A stretch of DNA of 64,000 nucleotides from Ignavibacteriales bacterium (GTDB lineage Bacteria; Bacteroidota; Ignavibacteria; UBA10030; UBA8401): NCBI GenBank assembly GCA_026390635.1, contig JAPLFO010000148.1, forward strand, positions 124,080-188,079, in the 5' to 3' direction. The notes under the pieces were generated by a model that was not told the origin of the DNA, searched no databases, and saw only the letters and a list, made by a program, of their open reading frames with translations. Below are positions 10,187 through 19,062 of the stretch, piece after piece (the stretch's first letter is position 1; every line of letters starts with the position of its first letter). The position numbers and the translations under genes were made by a program.

Positions 10187-10705
10187 ATGACCCGTCGTTC
10201 CAAACGCATCACGGTTGTCTCGACACTATTCACGGCAGGACTTCTTGCCGCTGCATATCTCCTCTATCCCCGTTCTACACCGGAGCAGACCGTGTCCACT
10301 ACACCGGCAATTTCAAGTGAGCCGCAGTTCGTCAAGCAGGGCGTCCTTTCTTTTCTCCGTCAGAAATCGTTTGCGGTTATCACCGCCGTCGATATTGAGA
10401 TCGCCGATACGGATGAGAAGCGAATGCAGGGGTTGATGTTCCGCAGATCGATGTCCGATTCCGTGGGAATGCTGTTCACCTTTCCCGACGAAACACCGCA
10501 AAGCTTTTGGATGAAGAACACCATTATTTCGCTCGATATTGTTTATATCAATGCGAAAAAGGAAATCGTGTCGATCCAGAAGTATGCTGAGCCGTATTCC
10601 GAACGGCCATTGCCATCGTACAAGCCCGCCAAGTTCGTTGTGGAAGTCAACGCAGGTTTCTGCGACCGCTATCGCATCGGCGAAGGCGACTGTATCCGAT
10701 TCTGA
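10187..10705 (+). CDS. DUF192 (COG1430) family protein with an N-terminal membrane anchor
   Basis: Carries the GLMFRRSMSDSVGMLFTF...FWMKNTIISLDIVYI motifs characteristic of DUF192. Confidence 0.7.
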   Translation: MTRRSKRITVVSTLFTAGLLAAAYLLYPRSTPEQTVSTTPAISSEPQFVKQGVLSFLRQKSFAVITAVDIEIADTDEKRMQGLMFRRSMSDSVGMLFTFPDETPQSFWMKNTIISLDIVYINAKKEIVSIQKYAEPYSERPLPSYKPAKFVVEVNAGFCDRYRIGEGDCIRF

Positions 10706-10708
10706 CGT

Positions 10709-11587
10709 ATGCCGTTACTTCATCAATTCGTTCTCGTCTTTTTTTTTCTGAGCGACTCACAACAGCCGCTCTGGTTCGAGACGCTGCGCCTGCCGCGGGA
10801 TCACAACGAAGAAGCAACACATTCCCTCTTTTCCGCCATCGCGCAAGACACAACCGCAACAGCGGTCTTCCATCTCGGCGATATGGTGTCTGCCGGCAGT
10901 TCAACGGACGACTGGGATCTGTTGGAGCAGCAGATCGCTCCCTTGCGCAGAAAGAGTATTCCCTTCTATCCCACATATGGGAACCACGAGTACTTCTGGC
11001 ACCCGGCTGTCGCAATGCCCAAGTATCTCCGACATTTCGCGGCGTATGCATCGGGATGGTATGTCGTGCGCACAGGCAATGCGGCTGTCGTCATGTTGAA
11101 TTCCAATTTCTATCGACTCACCGGAGAGGAATGGGATACACAGTGCCGGTGGTACCGGGACCAGCTTGCGCGGCTCGACAAGGATTCATCGATTGCAGTC
11201 GTTGTGGTGGCAACGCACTTCCCGCCGTACACCAACAGTGCGATAGTGGATCCTTCCGGCGATGTGTTGCGCGACTTTGTGCCACCGTACCTTGCCTCAC
11301 AGAAAGCACGTTTGTTCCTGAGCGGCCATGCACATGCATTCGAACACTTCCGTCAAGGCGGAAAAGATTTTCTCGTAATCGGGGGCGGCGGCGGATTGCT
11401 CCATCCCCTGCTGTGCGGCGAGGAGGAGCGGACACCCGATTTGTATCCGGCCGGCCGGCTGCCGGAGTCGTTCCACTATCTGACCTGCACCATCTCAGAC
11501 GATTCGCTGATCGCCCAACCCGTGATGCTGGGAACCGACCGGACGCAATTCTTCACGCCGTACCGTCTGGCCCTGCCGATCCGATAG
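10709..11587 (+). CDS. Calcineurin-like metallophosphoesterase (possible cyclic-nucleotide phosphodiesterase or phosphatase)
   Basis: Carries the GDMV, GNHE, THFPPY and GHAHAFEH metal-binding motifs of the metallophosphoesterase superfamily. Only 3 nt separate it from the upstream gene. Confidence 0.7.
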   Translation: MPLLHQFVLVFFFLSDSQQPLWFETLRLPRDHNEEATHSLFSAIAQDTTATAVFHLGDMVSAGSSTDDWDLLEQQIAPLRRKSIPFYPTYGNHEYFWHPAVAMPKYLRHFAAYASGWYVVRTGNAAVVMLNSNFYRLTGEEWDTQCRWYRDQLARLDKDSSIAVVVVATHFPPYTNSAIVDPSGDVLRDFVPPYLASQKARLFLSGHAHAFEHFRQGGKDFLVIGGGGGLLHPLLCGEEERTPDLYPAGRLPESFHYLTCTISDDSLIAQPVMLGTDRTQFFTPYRLALPIR

Positions 11588-11608
11588 AATTTCTTTTCAC
11601 AAAAAAAA

Positions 11609-11640
11609 GCACGAACATTTATTCGTGCCTTGTTTTGAAT
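11609..11640. terminator. Rho-independent terminator (bidirectional, between convergent genes)
   Basis: AAAAAAAAGCACGAA-catttat-TCGTGCcTTGTTTT hairpin. Confidence 0.65.
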
Positions 11641-11663
11641 CATCTCTCAGCAATAATTGCCGC

Positions 11664-12056
11664 TCAGGTATTTCCCAACTTGTAAAAATTCCATTCGGCG
11701 ATTCCTCCGCGAAGATTTGCGGCGTCAAGTCCTTTCTTCTGCAGAAGCGCGGCAGCAGACATACTCCGGCTGCCGGACTGGCAGTAGCATATAATTTCAC
11801 GCCCGGCAAACTTCTTCAACTCCTCGATGCGTATGGCAAGTTCCTGCAGTGGAATATGAATGGAGCCCGCGATGTGTTGGGCTGATCGTTCGCTCTTCGT
11901 ACGCACATCCAGCAGTATCATACCGGCGGCCTGTTTCAACATTGCTTCCAGTTGGGATGGAGAATACTGGGCGATGTTTCGTCGTTGCATCATCCGGCGA
12001 ATGATGACTGCTATCAGAAAAACAAAGCCTATGTATGAAAGCGTTTGAGGTGTCAT
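11664..12056 (-). CDS. Membrane-anchored single-domain rhodanese (sulfurtransferase)
   Basis: N-terminal TM (LSYIGFVFLIAVII) and a rhodanese fold with the active-site loop CYCQSGSRS. The start is chosen at the ATG that forms an ATGA overlap with the stop of the upstream fmdB-like gene. Confidence 0.75.
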   Translation of the reverse strand: MTPQTLSYIGFVFLIAVIIRRMMQRRNIAQYSPSQLEAMLKQAAGMILLDVRTKSERSAQHIAGSIHIPLQELAIRIEELKKFAGREIICYCQSGSRSMSAAALLQKKGLDAANLRGGIAEWNFYKLGNT

Positions 12057-12283
12057 CAATTCATCCCGCACGATCCATTTGCACAGCAGCTCTCACATGC
12101 AGCTGGAGCCATTTCTCCGCTACCGGTTCCGGCCATTCTTGGTGCTGCCGGCACAGACATTAGTTTGGAGTATTTTTTTGAAGTGCAATGCGGACATTCG
12201 ATGTCCCCTTCGATTTCTTTTCCCTTGTGAAAGACATCGTATCTTTTTCCACATTCCGCACATTCATATTCTAATATCGGCAT
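12056..12283 (-). CDS. FmdB-family zinc-ribbon protein
   Basis: MPILEYECAECGKRYDV...IECPHCTSKKYSKL: the two CxxC pairs of the FmdB/regulatory zinc-ribbon family, with a Cys/Gly-rich tail. Confidence 0.75.
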   Translation of the reverse strand: MPILEYECAECGKRYDVFHKGKEIEGDIECPHCTSKKYSKLMSVPAAPRMAGTGSGEMAPAACESCCANGSCGMN

Positions 12284-12468
12284 GTTTAACCTTTCTCTCT
12301 ATGTTCGGCCCGAACTTTTTCACGGCGTATTATTCTATGGGATGCTTCGGGACGGAAAACGATTCACAATTCGCATGGATTTTTGCCTTTTTCCTCTATT
12401 CCCAAAGCAGAAACGAGCCGCATGCAGCCGTCCCGTGTCTGCAATAATATGAGAAAAAGACCGATTTA

Positions 12469-12497
12469 TTGCAATTGCCGATGAGATTGGATAGATT
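12469..12497 (+). promoter_or_regulatory. Putative sigma70-type promoter for the AMMECR1 gene
   Basis: TTGCAA, 17-nt spacer, TAGATT, about 37 nt upstream of the ATG at 12535. Confidence 0.3.
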
Positions 12498-12534
12498 ATT
12501 TCCGAGAATAGTCACGCCACGAAGGAGGGTCATT

Positions 12535-13098
12535 ATGGCAGATTTCAGTCTGGCTGCCGACGAGAAATCATTACTGCTTGGCATCGCCCGCTCAACAATC
12601 GAGTCCTATGTCCAGAAACGGACAATCCCCACTCTGAATCAGAATTCTATGAGCGAGGCATTGAAAACCGGATGCGGCGCTTTCGTGACCCTGAAAAAGC
12701 AAGGACAACTTCGCGGATGCATCGGCCGCTTCGACAGCTCTGAACCTCTTTATAGAGTAGTGCAATCGATGGCTGTGGCCGCGGCAACACAGGACTACCG
12801 CTTCGCTCCCGTCCAACTGGCTGAAATGAGAACCATCGAGGTCGAAATCTCCGTGCTGACCCCGTTACAACGCATACAGAACCTGGATGAACTCGTCCTT
12901 GGACGGCACGGCATCTACATTAAGAAGAAAATGAACAGCGGAACATTTCTCCCGCAGGTCGCGACCGAGACCGGTTGGACCAAAGAAGAGTTTGTTGGAC
13001 ATTGTGCAGAGGAGAAGATGGGTATCGGTTACACCGGATGGAAAGATGCCGATGCAGAACTCTTCACGTACGAAGCCCTTGTTTTCAGCGAGCGGTAA
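12535..13098 (+). CDS. AMMECR1 domain protein
   Basis: Start is reset to MADFSL after a GAAGGAGGG RBS. The conserved GCGAFVTLKKQGQLRGCIG motif of AMMECR1 is present. Confidence 0.8.
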   Translation: MADFSLAADEKSLLLGIARSTIESYVQKRTIPTLNQNSMSEALKTGCGAFVTLKKQGQLRGCIGRFDSSEPLYRVVQSMAVAAATQDYRFAPVQLAEMRTIEVEISVLTPLQRIQNLDELVLGRHGIYIKKKMNSGTFLPQVATETGWTKEEFVGHCAEEKMGIGYTGWKDADAELFTYEALVFSER

Positions 13099-13333
13099 AT
13101 GACGTTCGTCCGACAGATCCTTCGAAAAATACTTCTCCCGTATCGGCGAAGCCGTCGCGCACGGCAACAATCATCTCGCCGAGCCTCTATCGCTCGAAAC
13201 TCTTGCTCATGCTGCATTCTTCTCCCTGCACCATACTATGAAGCGTATCACCCGAGACCCGAGACTCGCCCATGGAAAAAATTCGTTATGTTTGAATGCC
13301 CATTCAACCACTGTAGCGCACACCATCGATAGG

Positions 13334-13963
13334 ATGAGAATGAAAAAATTGGATCTGAAAAAAGAATATAGGGCGTTGTTTCATGCACCGCTTAAGAGCC
13401 CCGAACTTATCATTGTCCCGGAGCTGATCTACCTGATGATCGATGGACAGGGAGATCCGAACACAGCTGCATCCTATCATGAAGCGATCGAGGCACTGTA
13501 CAGCATGTCCTACACACTGAAGTTCATGCTGAAAAAGGGAAAAGCCTCCATCGATTATGGAGTTCCTCCTTTGGAAGGATTATGGTGGACCACTTCGATG
13601 GCAGATTTTTCCGTCGAGAGGAAAGACTCGTGGTTGTGGACTGCAATGATCATGCAACCATCTGTCATCACCGAAGATCTCGTGAAGAAAGCAATGGATC
13701 AGGTTGCGGCAAAGAAGAGTCTTCCTGCGCTGACGCAGATCCGATTTTCGTCCTTTGCTGAAGGACAGGCTGCACAAATTATGCACATCGGTCCCTACGC
13801 CACAGAAGCGCCAACGATCCGGAAGCTGCATCAATTTATCGAGGCGAACGGCTATTGCCGTTCGGGGAAGCATCACGAAATTTATGTGAGCGATCCTCGC
13901 CGTTGCTCCCCGGAAAAGATGAAAACTATTATTCGCCAGCCCGTGAGCCTTAGAGATGTCTGA
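13334..13963 (+). CDS. GyrI-like small-molecule-binding domain protein
   Basis: The EGLWWTTSM...MIMQP...MHIGPY...HHEIYVSDPRR pattern is typical of the GyrI-like / transcription-activator effector-binding fold. Start is reset to the internal ATG (MRMKKLDL). Confidence 0.6.
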   Translation: MRMKKLDLKKEYRALFHAPLKSPELIIVPELIYLMIDGQGDPNTAASYHEAIEALYSMSYTLKFMLKKGKASIDYGVPPLEGLWWTTSMADFSVERKDSWLWTAMIMQPSVITEDLVKKAMDQVAAKKSLPALTQIRFSSFAEGQAAQIMHIGPYATEAPTIRKLHQFIEANGYCRSGKHHEIYVSDPRRCSPEKMKTIIRQPVSLRDV

Positions 13964-13983
13964 CGCCTGCTTCTGGCGTCTGA
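13948..13983. terminator. Hairpin overlapping the stop codon of the GyrI-like gene (terminator-like, weak T-tract)
   Basis: GATGTCTGACGCC-tgcttc-TGGCGTCTGACATC: a perfect 13-bp inverted repeat. Confidence 0.4.
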
Positions 13984-14182
13984 CATCTTTCTCTTCTATG
14001 CTGCAAAGCCGCACGTCAGCTGAAAAGAGGTTATCTGAATCGCGAGCCACAGGAATTTGAGCTCCTCTTGCGGCTCTCCCTTTTATAGTGGGGAAAAATC
14101 CTTACATTATGCTGTTTGCTCCAACATCAAGGGTCCAATTTTACGACCTGCTCATTTCTTTAACATTTTTCATGAGAATACC

Positions 14183-16240
14183 ATGGTTCTTCGAAGACAC
14201 TGCCTTGCCCTAGCAATTCTGTTTTCTTTGATATCCTTCCCCGTATCAGCCGAACAGGGGACATCCTTGTCACTTCTGCCGGTTCCCCGTTCCGTCACCA
14301 TGAAGGAAGGCCGTTTCCGATTGACTCCGTCCTTTACAATCGCAATAAAAAGGGATGCCGGCCCTCGGTTGTATAACGCCGCCAGCCGTGTGCTGCGGCG
14401 CCTTTCCGGCAGAACCGGTCTTTTCTTCCCGCAAGATTATGTGACAGGCGAAATCTTTCCCGATACGGCTTCATGCGTGGTCACTGCCGGACGCAAGGGC
14501 GATGTTGTGCTGGGTGAAGACGAATCCTACACGCTTTTGGTTACTCCGAAGGTCGTCCTCCTTGAATCAAAGACTGATCTCGGCGCCATACACGGATTGG
14601 AGACAATGCTGCAGTTGCTGAATGTTGATGATGAGGGATATTACCTGCCCGCAATCGTCATACAGGACGCACCACGTTTCCCGTGGCGCGGACTGATGAT
14701 GGATGTCGCGCGTCACTTCATGCCGATCGATGTCATCAAACGCAATCTGGATGCTATGGCGGCAGTGAAGATGAATGTATTTCACTGGCATCTGTCCGAA
14801 GATCAGGGATTCCGGATCGAGAGCAAAGTTTTTCCGGAACTGAACAAACTTGGTTCCGATGGAATGTTCTATACACAAGATCAGGTTCGCGACATTCTCG
14901 CCTACGCCGAAGAACGAGGTATCCGTGTGTATCCGGAATTCGATATCCCCGGTCACTCCACCAGCTGGTTCGTTTCGCATCCGGAACTGGCAAGTGCACC
15001 GGGTCCGTATACAATCGAACGACACTGGGGCGTATTCGATCCTACATTTGATCCGACCAAAGAAGCAACGTACGAATTCTTTGACAAGTTTTTGGCGGAA
15101 ATGACAGCACTCTTCCCCGATCCGTACTTTCACATCGGGGGTGATGAAAACAACGGCAAGCAATGGAAGGCCAATCCGGCAATTCAGGCCTATATGAAAC
15201 AACACAATATACCGGACGGACATGCGCTGCAGGCGATGTTCAATAAACGCATTCTGGCCATGCTGACAAAATACGACAAGCACATGATTGGCTGGGATGA
15301 AATTCTGCATCCCGATCTTCCGAAAGAAAGCATCATCCACTCGTGGCGCGGACAGAAAGGGTTGTTCGATGCCGCCCGCAAAGGATATCAGACCATCCTT
15401 TCCAACGGCTATTATATTGATCTCATCCAGCCGGCGGAATTTCATTACCTCAACGACCCGCTTCCTGTGGATTCATTGAAGGTGCTGTCGGAAAACGAAC
15501 AGAAACGCATTCTCGGCGGTGAGGCCACCAGCTGGGCTGAGCTTGTGACGTGGGAAAATGTGGACTCGCGCATCTGGCCCCGCACTTCAGCAATCGCGGA
15601 ACGTCTTTGGTCGTCGGCGGAAGTTCGCGATGTGGAAGATATGTACCGCCGGATTGCGGACGAGAGTTTCCGCCTGGAGGAATTGGGGCTGACGCACCGT
15701 AAAAATCACGACATGATGGTCCGTCGCCTGGTGAACAACGGAAGCGTCACCGCGTTGAAAACATTGTTACAATACATTGAGCCTGTTAAAATCTATGCGC
15801 GGCACAGTCAGGGTGTCAGCTACACGTCTTCTTCACCATACACGCGAGTCGTGGACGCCGCACTGCCGGAAGCAATGGCAGCCCGGCACTTCCGCATCAT
15901 TGTCAAAGAATATTTGTCAACAAAAGAAACAACTCTGGCTGATGAAATCGCGGGAATATGTAACACGTGGAAACAGAATCATTCCCTGCTTCTTCCGACC
16001 ATCCGGAAATCTCCCGTCCTGAAAGAGATTGAACCGCTTTCATCTAATTTGGAAGTGCTCGGTTCTGTCGCGACCGATGCTCTTGAACACCTCCGCGGTG
16101 GAGCTTCGTTAAGTGCAGAAACTGCATTGCGATACCGGGTTGCCGTAGAACTTGCGAAAAAACCCTACGGTCAGACGCAACTGATGATGGTCGATGCGGT
16201 GGCGGATCTCCTCACCGCGGCGGCGGCACCGAAGAAATAG
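14183..16240 (+). CDS. Secreted beta-N-acetylhexosaminidase (glycoside hydrolase family 20)
   Basis: Signal peptide MVLRRHCLALAILFSLISFPVSA. GH20 catalytic region RGLMMDVARHF, FHWHLSEDQGFR, the DIPGH motif and HIGGDE. Confidence 0.85.
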   Translation: MVLRRHCLALAILFSLISFPVSAEQGTSLSLLPVPRSVTMKEGRFRLTPSFTIAIKRDAGPRLYNAASRVLRRLSGRTGLFFPQDYVTGEIFPDTASCVVTAGRKGDVVLGEDESYTLLVTPKVVLLESKTDLGAIHGLETMLQLLNVDDEGYYLPAIVIQDAPRFPWRGLMMDVARHFMPIDVIKRNLDAMAAVKMNVFHWHLSEDQGFRIESKVFPELNKLGSDGMFYTQDQVRDILAYAEERGIRVYPEFDIPGHSTSWFVSHPELASAPGPYTIERHWGVFDPTFDPTKEATYEFFDKFLAEMTALFPDPYFHIGGDENNGKQWKANPAIQAYMKQHNIPDGHALQAMFNKRILAMLTKYDKHMIGWDEILHPDLPKESIIHSWRGQKGLFDAARKGYQTILSNGYYIDLIQPAEFHYLNDPLPVDSLKVLSENEQKRILGGEATSWAELVTWENVDSRIWPRTSAIAERLWSSAEVRDVEDMYRRIADESFRLEELGLTHRKNHDMMVRRLVNNGSVTALKTLLQYIEPVKIYARHSQGVSYTSSSPYTRVVDAALPEAMAARHFRIIVKEYLSTKETTLADEIAGICNTWKQNHSLLLPTIRKSPVLKEIEPLSSNLEVLGSVATDALEHLRGGASLSAETALRYRVAVELAKKPYGQTQLMMVDAVADLLTAAAAPKK

Positions 16241-16308
16241 TGGCGACACGACGCTGAGCGCTTTCGAAAATTCCATATTCGCACCGGAGGTTCCGGAAGG
16301 AATTATCA

Positions 16309-17187
16309 ATGATCAATCGATTTCTTTTTTCATGCTTGTGCATTGCTGTACTGACATCCGGCACCTTCTGCCAGAATCACGCTCTCGTCGTCGATCATCT
16401 CGGCGGCGAATTTGTCTCTGCTGTCAGCCTTGCATCCAACGGAGCCGGAGACCTGTTTGTCGTTGACGCCGGTTTGCATCGTCTTCAAAAATTTTCCTTC
16501 GACGGCAAACTCTTGAAAACAATCGGAGGCAAAGGATGGGGTTCTCTCGAGTTTGATCAACCGCTCGATGTTTGCGCCGCCTTTCCTCTCGATATTTTTG
16601 TTGTCGATCAGAACAACAGACGGCTACAGCGTTTTGATCGTTCGCTCAATTTTGTACAGACTTTTTCTGACGGCAATTTGACGCTCCCGCGCGATGGAAA
16701 TTTCTACCCGCGCGCCGCTACACTGTCCGATCTCGGAGAACTCTTCGTGCTGGAATCAGATGCGCGCCGTGTTATCAAGTTCACGAGTCAGTATGCTCCG
16801 GATCAGGAATTCGGATCGTACAATGCTGGAGCTGGATCGCTGAATGCCCCTGCTGACATTGCCATCTCTGATGACGGCCTCCTTCACATCGCTGACGGCG
16901 GACGTATCGTCGCTTTTGATACGTATGGCAACTACATGTCTGCGATTGTTGCAGACACTGCCGCCGAGATATCGAGCATTTCCACTTTCAAGGGAGGGAT
17001 CCTGTGCACTTTTCCCAACCGCCTTTCCGCATTTCGAAACGACGGTTCACTTCTCTGGTGCATACCGCGGGAAATGACGATCGGTCTGCCGTCCGGAGAG
17101 GCTTTTCGCGACGGACTTCTGCGCGGTGACTGGCTGATTCTGTTGACAGATCGGCATCTTGTCTTCTGCCGGACTCGTGAAAATTAA
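16309..17187 (+). CDS. Secreted NHL-repeat beta-propeller protein
   Basis: Signal peptide plus repeated (L/F)xxPxxVAxxxxGDLFVVDxxxxRLQ(K/R)F units. Confidence 0.7.
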   Translation: MINRFLFSCLCIAVLTSGTFCQNHALVVDHLGGEFVSAVSLASNGAGDLFVVDAGLHRLQKFSFDGKLLKTIGGKGWGSLEFDQPLDVCAAFPLDIFVVDQNNRRLQRFDRSLNFVQTFSDGNLTLPRDGNFYPRAATLSDLGELFVLESDARRVIKFTSQYAPDQEFGSYNAGAGSLNAPADIAISDDGLLHIADGGRIVAFDTYGNYMSAIVADTAAEISSISTFKGGILCTFPNRLSAFRNDGSLLWCIPREMTIGLPSGEAFRDGLLRGDWLILLTDRHLVFCRTREN

Positions 17188-17200
17188 TTTTCGGAACCTC

Positions 17201-17229
17201 TTGACAGAAGGTAAAAAAATACGTATATT
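17201..17229 (+). promoter_or_regulatory. Canonical sigma70 promoter upstream of ssb
   Basis: TTGACA (17201-17206), 17-nt spacer, TATATT (17224-17229), about 45-60 nt upstream of the ssb start. Confidence 0.55.
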
Positions 17230-17286
17230 TTTTGCGAATACGTTGGTAATCAACTATTTCAACATCATACAATGGAGGAACAATCC

Positions 17287-17700
17287 ATGGCAAAAAGCCT
17301 CAACAAAGTGCAGCTCATCGGTCATCTTGGCAAAGATCCCGAACTGAAGTACACACCCAGCGGTGTCGCCGTTGCCACCTTTTCCATCGCCACTAACGAA
17401 TCTTGGAAAGATCAGGAAGGCAATGTGCAGGAACGCACAGAATGGCACAATATTGTTGCTTGGAGAAAGCTCGCGGAAATCTGCGGGGAATGGCTGAAGA
17501 AGGGAAGGCGCATCTATCTGGAGGGACGCATCCAAACCCGGTCATATGAAAAAGACGGCGTCAAGAAGTACATCACGGAAATTGTTGCGGATGACATGAT
17601 TATGCTCGACGGCGGAACACCGCGTGCCGCTGCAGAGCATGAGGGCGCACCGGCCCCCGCAGACAATCAACCCGACGGCGATAAAGATCTTCCCTTCTAA
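17287..17700 (+). CDS. ssb: Single-stranded DNA-binding protein
   Basis: OB-fold SSB ([32 protein letters not shown]...WHNIVAW) with the acidic C-terminal tail ending DKDLPF. An alternative start is the upstream ATG at 17272. Confidence 0.9.
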   Translation: MAKSLNKVQLIGHLGKDPELKYTPSGVAVATFSIATNESWKDQEGNVQERTEWHNIVAWRKLAEICGEWLKKGRRIYLEGRIQTRSYEKDGVKKYITEIVADDMIMLDGGTPRAAAEHEGAPAPADNQPDGDKDLPF

Positions 17701-17726
17701 TCAACCCACCTGCCCTGTTCTCGTCT

Positions 17727-17758
17727 GCCCCGGTTCCCACACGCCGGGGCTTTTTTTA
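17727..17758 (+). terminator. Rho-independent terminator after ssb
   Basis: CCCCGG-ttcccacacg-CCGGGG followed by CTTTTTTT. Confidence 0.7.
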
Positions 17759-17865
17759 TTGAGGGGATATTTCTGTATATTTAGTTTCATTCATGCGAGT
17801 CGGCGGCATCAACTCTGTCGATTTCTGCCAGGCTACCGGTACTCCATCTCGCATTGACCATTTAC

Positions 17866-19062
17866 ATGAGAAGAAATATGCCGTTCTCGAATCGCCGCGT
17901 CGTTGCGGTCTCTACTCTGTTACTGTTGTCGATCAGCCAGCTTTTCCCCGCATCCCGGTATCCGGTGCGCGCACGTCACGGTCTGGTAGTTGCCGCAGAT
18001 CAACTCGCTGCAGAGGCCGGCGTTTCCGTCCTGAAGCAAGGCGGCAATGCCGTCGATGCGGCAGTCGCAACAGGTTTTGCGCTGGCCGTAACCTATCCCG
18101 GTGCCGGAAACATCGGTGGCGGCGGATTCATGGTTGTGCGGATGGCAGACGGCGAAGCGATATCAATTGATTTCCGCGAGACCGCTCCGGCAGCGGCACA
18201 CCGCGATATGTATCTGGATGCGGCGGGAAATGTCGTCCCGTCCCGCACTACATATGGCCATCTGGCCGCCGGTGTCCCCGGCTCCGTTGCAGGTCTTCTG
18301 CTCGCTCTGGAAAAGTACGGAACGATGGATCGTGCACGCGTGCTCCAGCCGGCCATCGACCTCGCTGAAAAAGGATTCCCCCTCAACTTCCGGCTTGCAC
18401 ATTCGCTGGAGGAGACCGCCAAAGACTTTTCCCGGTTTCCCGGTTCCATGCAATCATTCTCCAAGAACGGAACGCCGTACGCCGAAGGAGAAATTCTTCG
18501 TCAGCCTGAGCTTGCCGCAACTCTGCACCTGATCGCCGAAAAAGGAAACGATGGATTCTATCGCGGAAAAACTGCAGACCGCATTGTTGACGAAATGAAA
18601 CGCGGCCAGGGATTGATTACACACGAAGACCTGGAAGATTACCTGCCGATTGTCCGCGAAGCCATTCATGGAACATACAGGGGATATGAAATTATTTCCA
18701 TGCCTCCACCGAGTTCCGGAGGTGTAACGTTAATTCAGCTTTTAAACATACTGGAAGCCTACCCGATGAACCAATACGGGTGGAATTCCTCGCGATACGC
18801 TCACCGGATAGTAGAAGCGGAACGACGTGCATATGCAGACCGTGCCGAATATTTGGGTGATCCGGCATTCGTGCATATGCCGATTACAACGCTCATTTCT
18901 AAGGAATACGCAGCAGGGCGGCGTGCATCGATAGACACGCTCCGTGCCTCCAAGAGCGATACCGTTACTCATGGCACCGTTCCGCCCTATGAATCCCCGC
19001 AGACCACTCATTATTCTGTTGCCGATCCCTCGGCAACTGTGTCAGCGTCACCACGACGTTGA
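17866..19062 (+). CDS. ggt: Gamma-glutamyltranspeptidase, N-terminal (large-subunit) fragment. It continues in another frame at about 19030.
   Basis: Signal peptide, GGNAVDAAVATGFALAV and the nucleophile site SPQTTHYSVAD. The frame breaks 8 residues after the catalytic Thr. Confidence 0.8.
   Translation: MRRNMPFSNRRVVAVSTLLLLSISQLFPASRYPVRARHGLVVAADQLAAEAGVSVLKQGGNAVDAAVATGFALAVTYPGAGNIGGGGFMVVRMADGEAISIDFRETAPAAAHRDMYLDAAGNVVPSRTTYGHLAAGVPGSVAGLLLALEKYGTMDRARVLQPAIDLAEKGFPLNFRLAHSLEETAKDFSRFPGSMQSFSKNGTPYAEGEILRQPELAATLHLIAEKGNDGFYRGKTADRIVDEMKRGQGLITHEDLEDYLPIVREAIHGTYRGYEIISMPPPSSGGVTLIQLLNILEAYPMNQYGWNSSRYAHRIVEAERRAYADRAEYLGDPAFVHMPITTLISKEYAAGRRASIDTLRASKSDTVTHGTVPPYESPQTTHYSVADPSATVSASPRR

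Noticed and set aside
11056-11685. 209-aa alternative-frame ORF over the metallophosphoesterase gene
   Set aside because: Arg/Cys/Gly-rich shadow frame. The metallophosphoesterase motifs are in the annotated frame.
14567-15445. 292-aa ORF on the minus strand
   Set aside because: It lies entirely antisense within the well-supported GH20 hexosaminidase gene, has no recognisable motifs, and is typical GC-rich shadow ORF.
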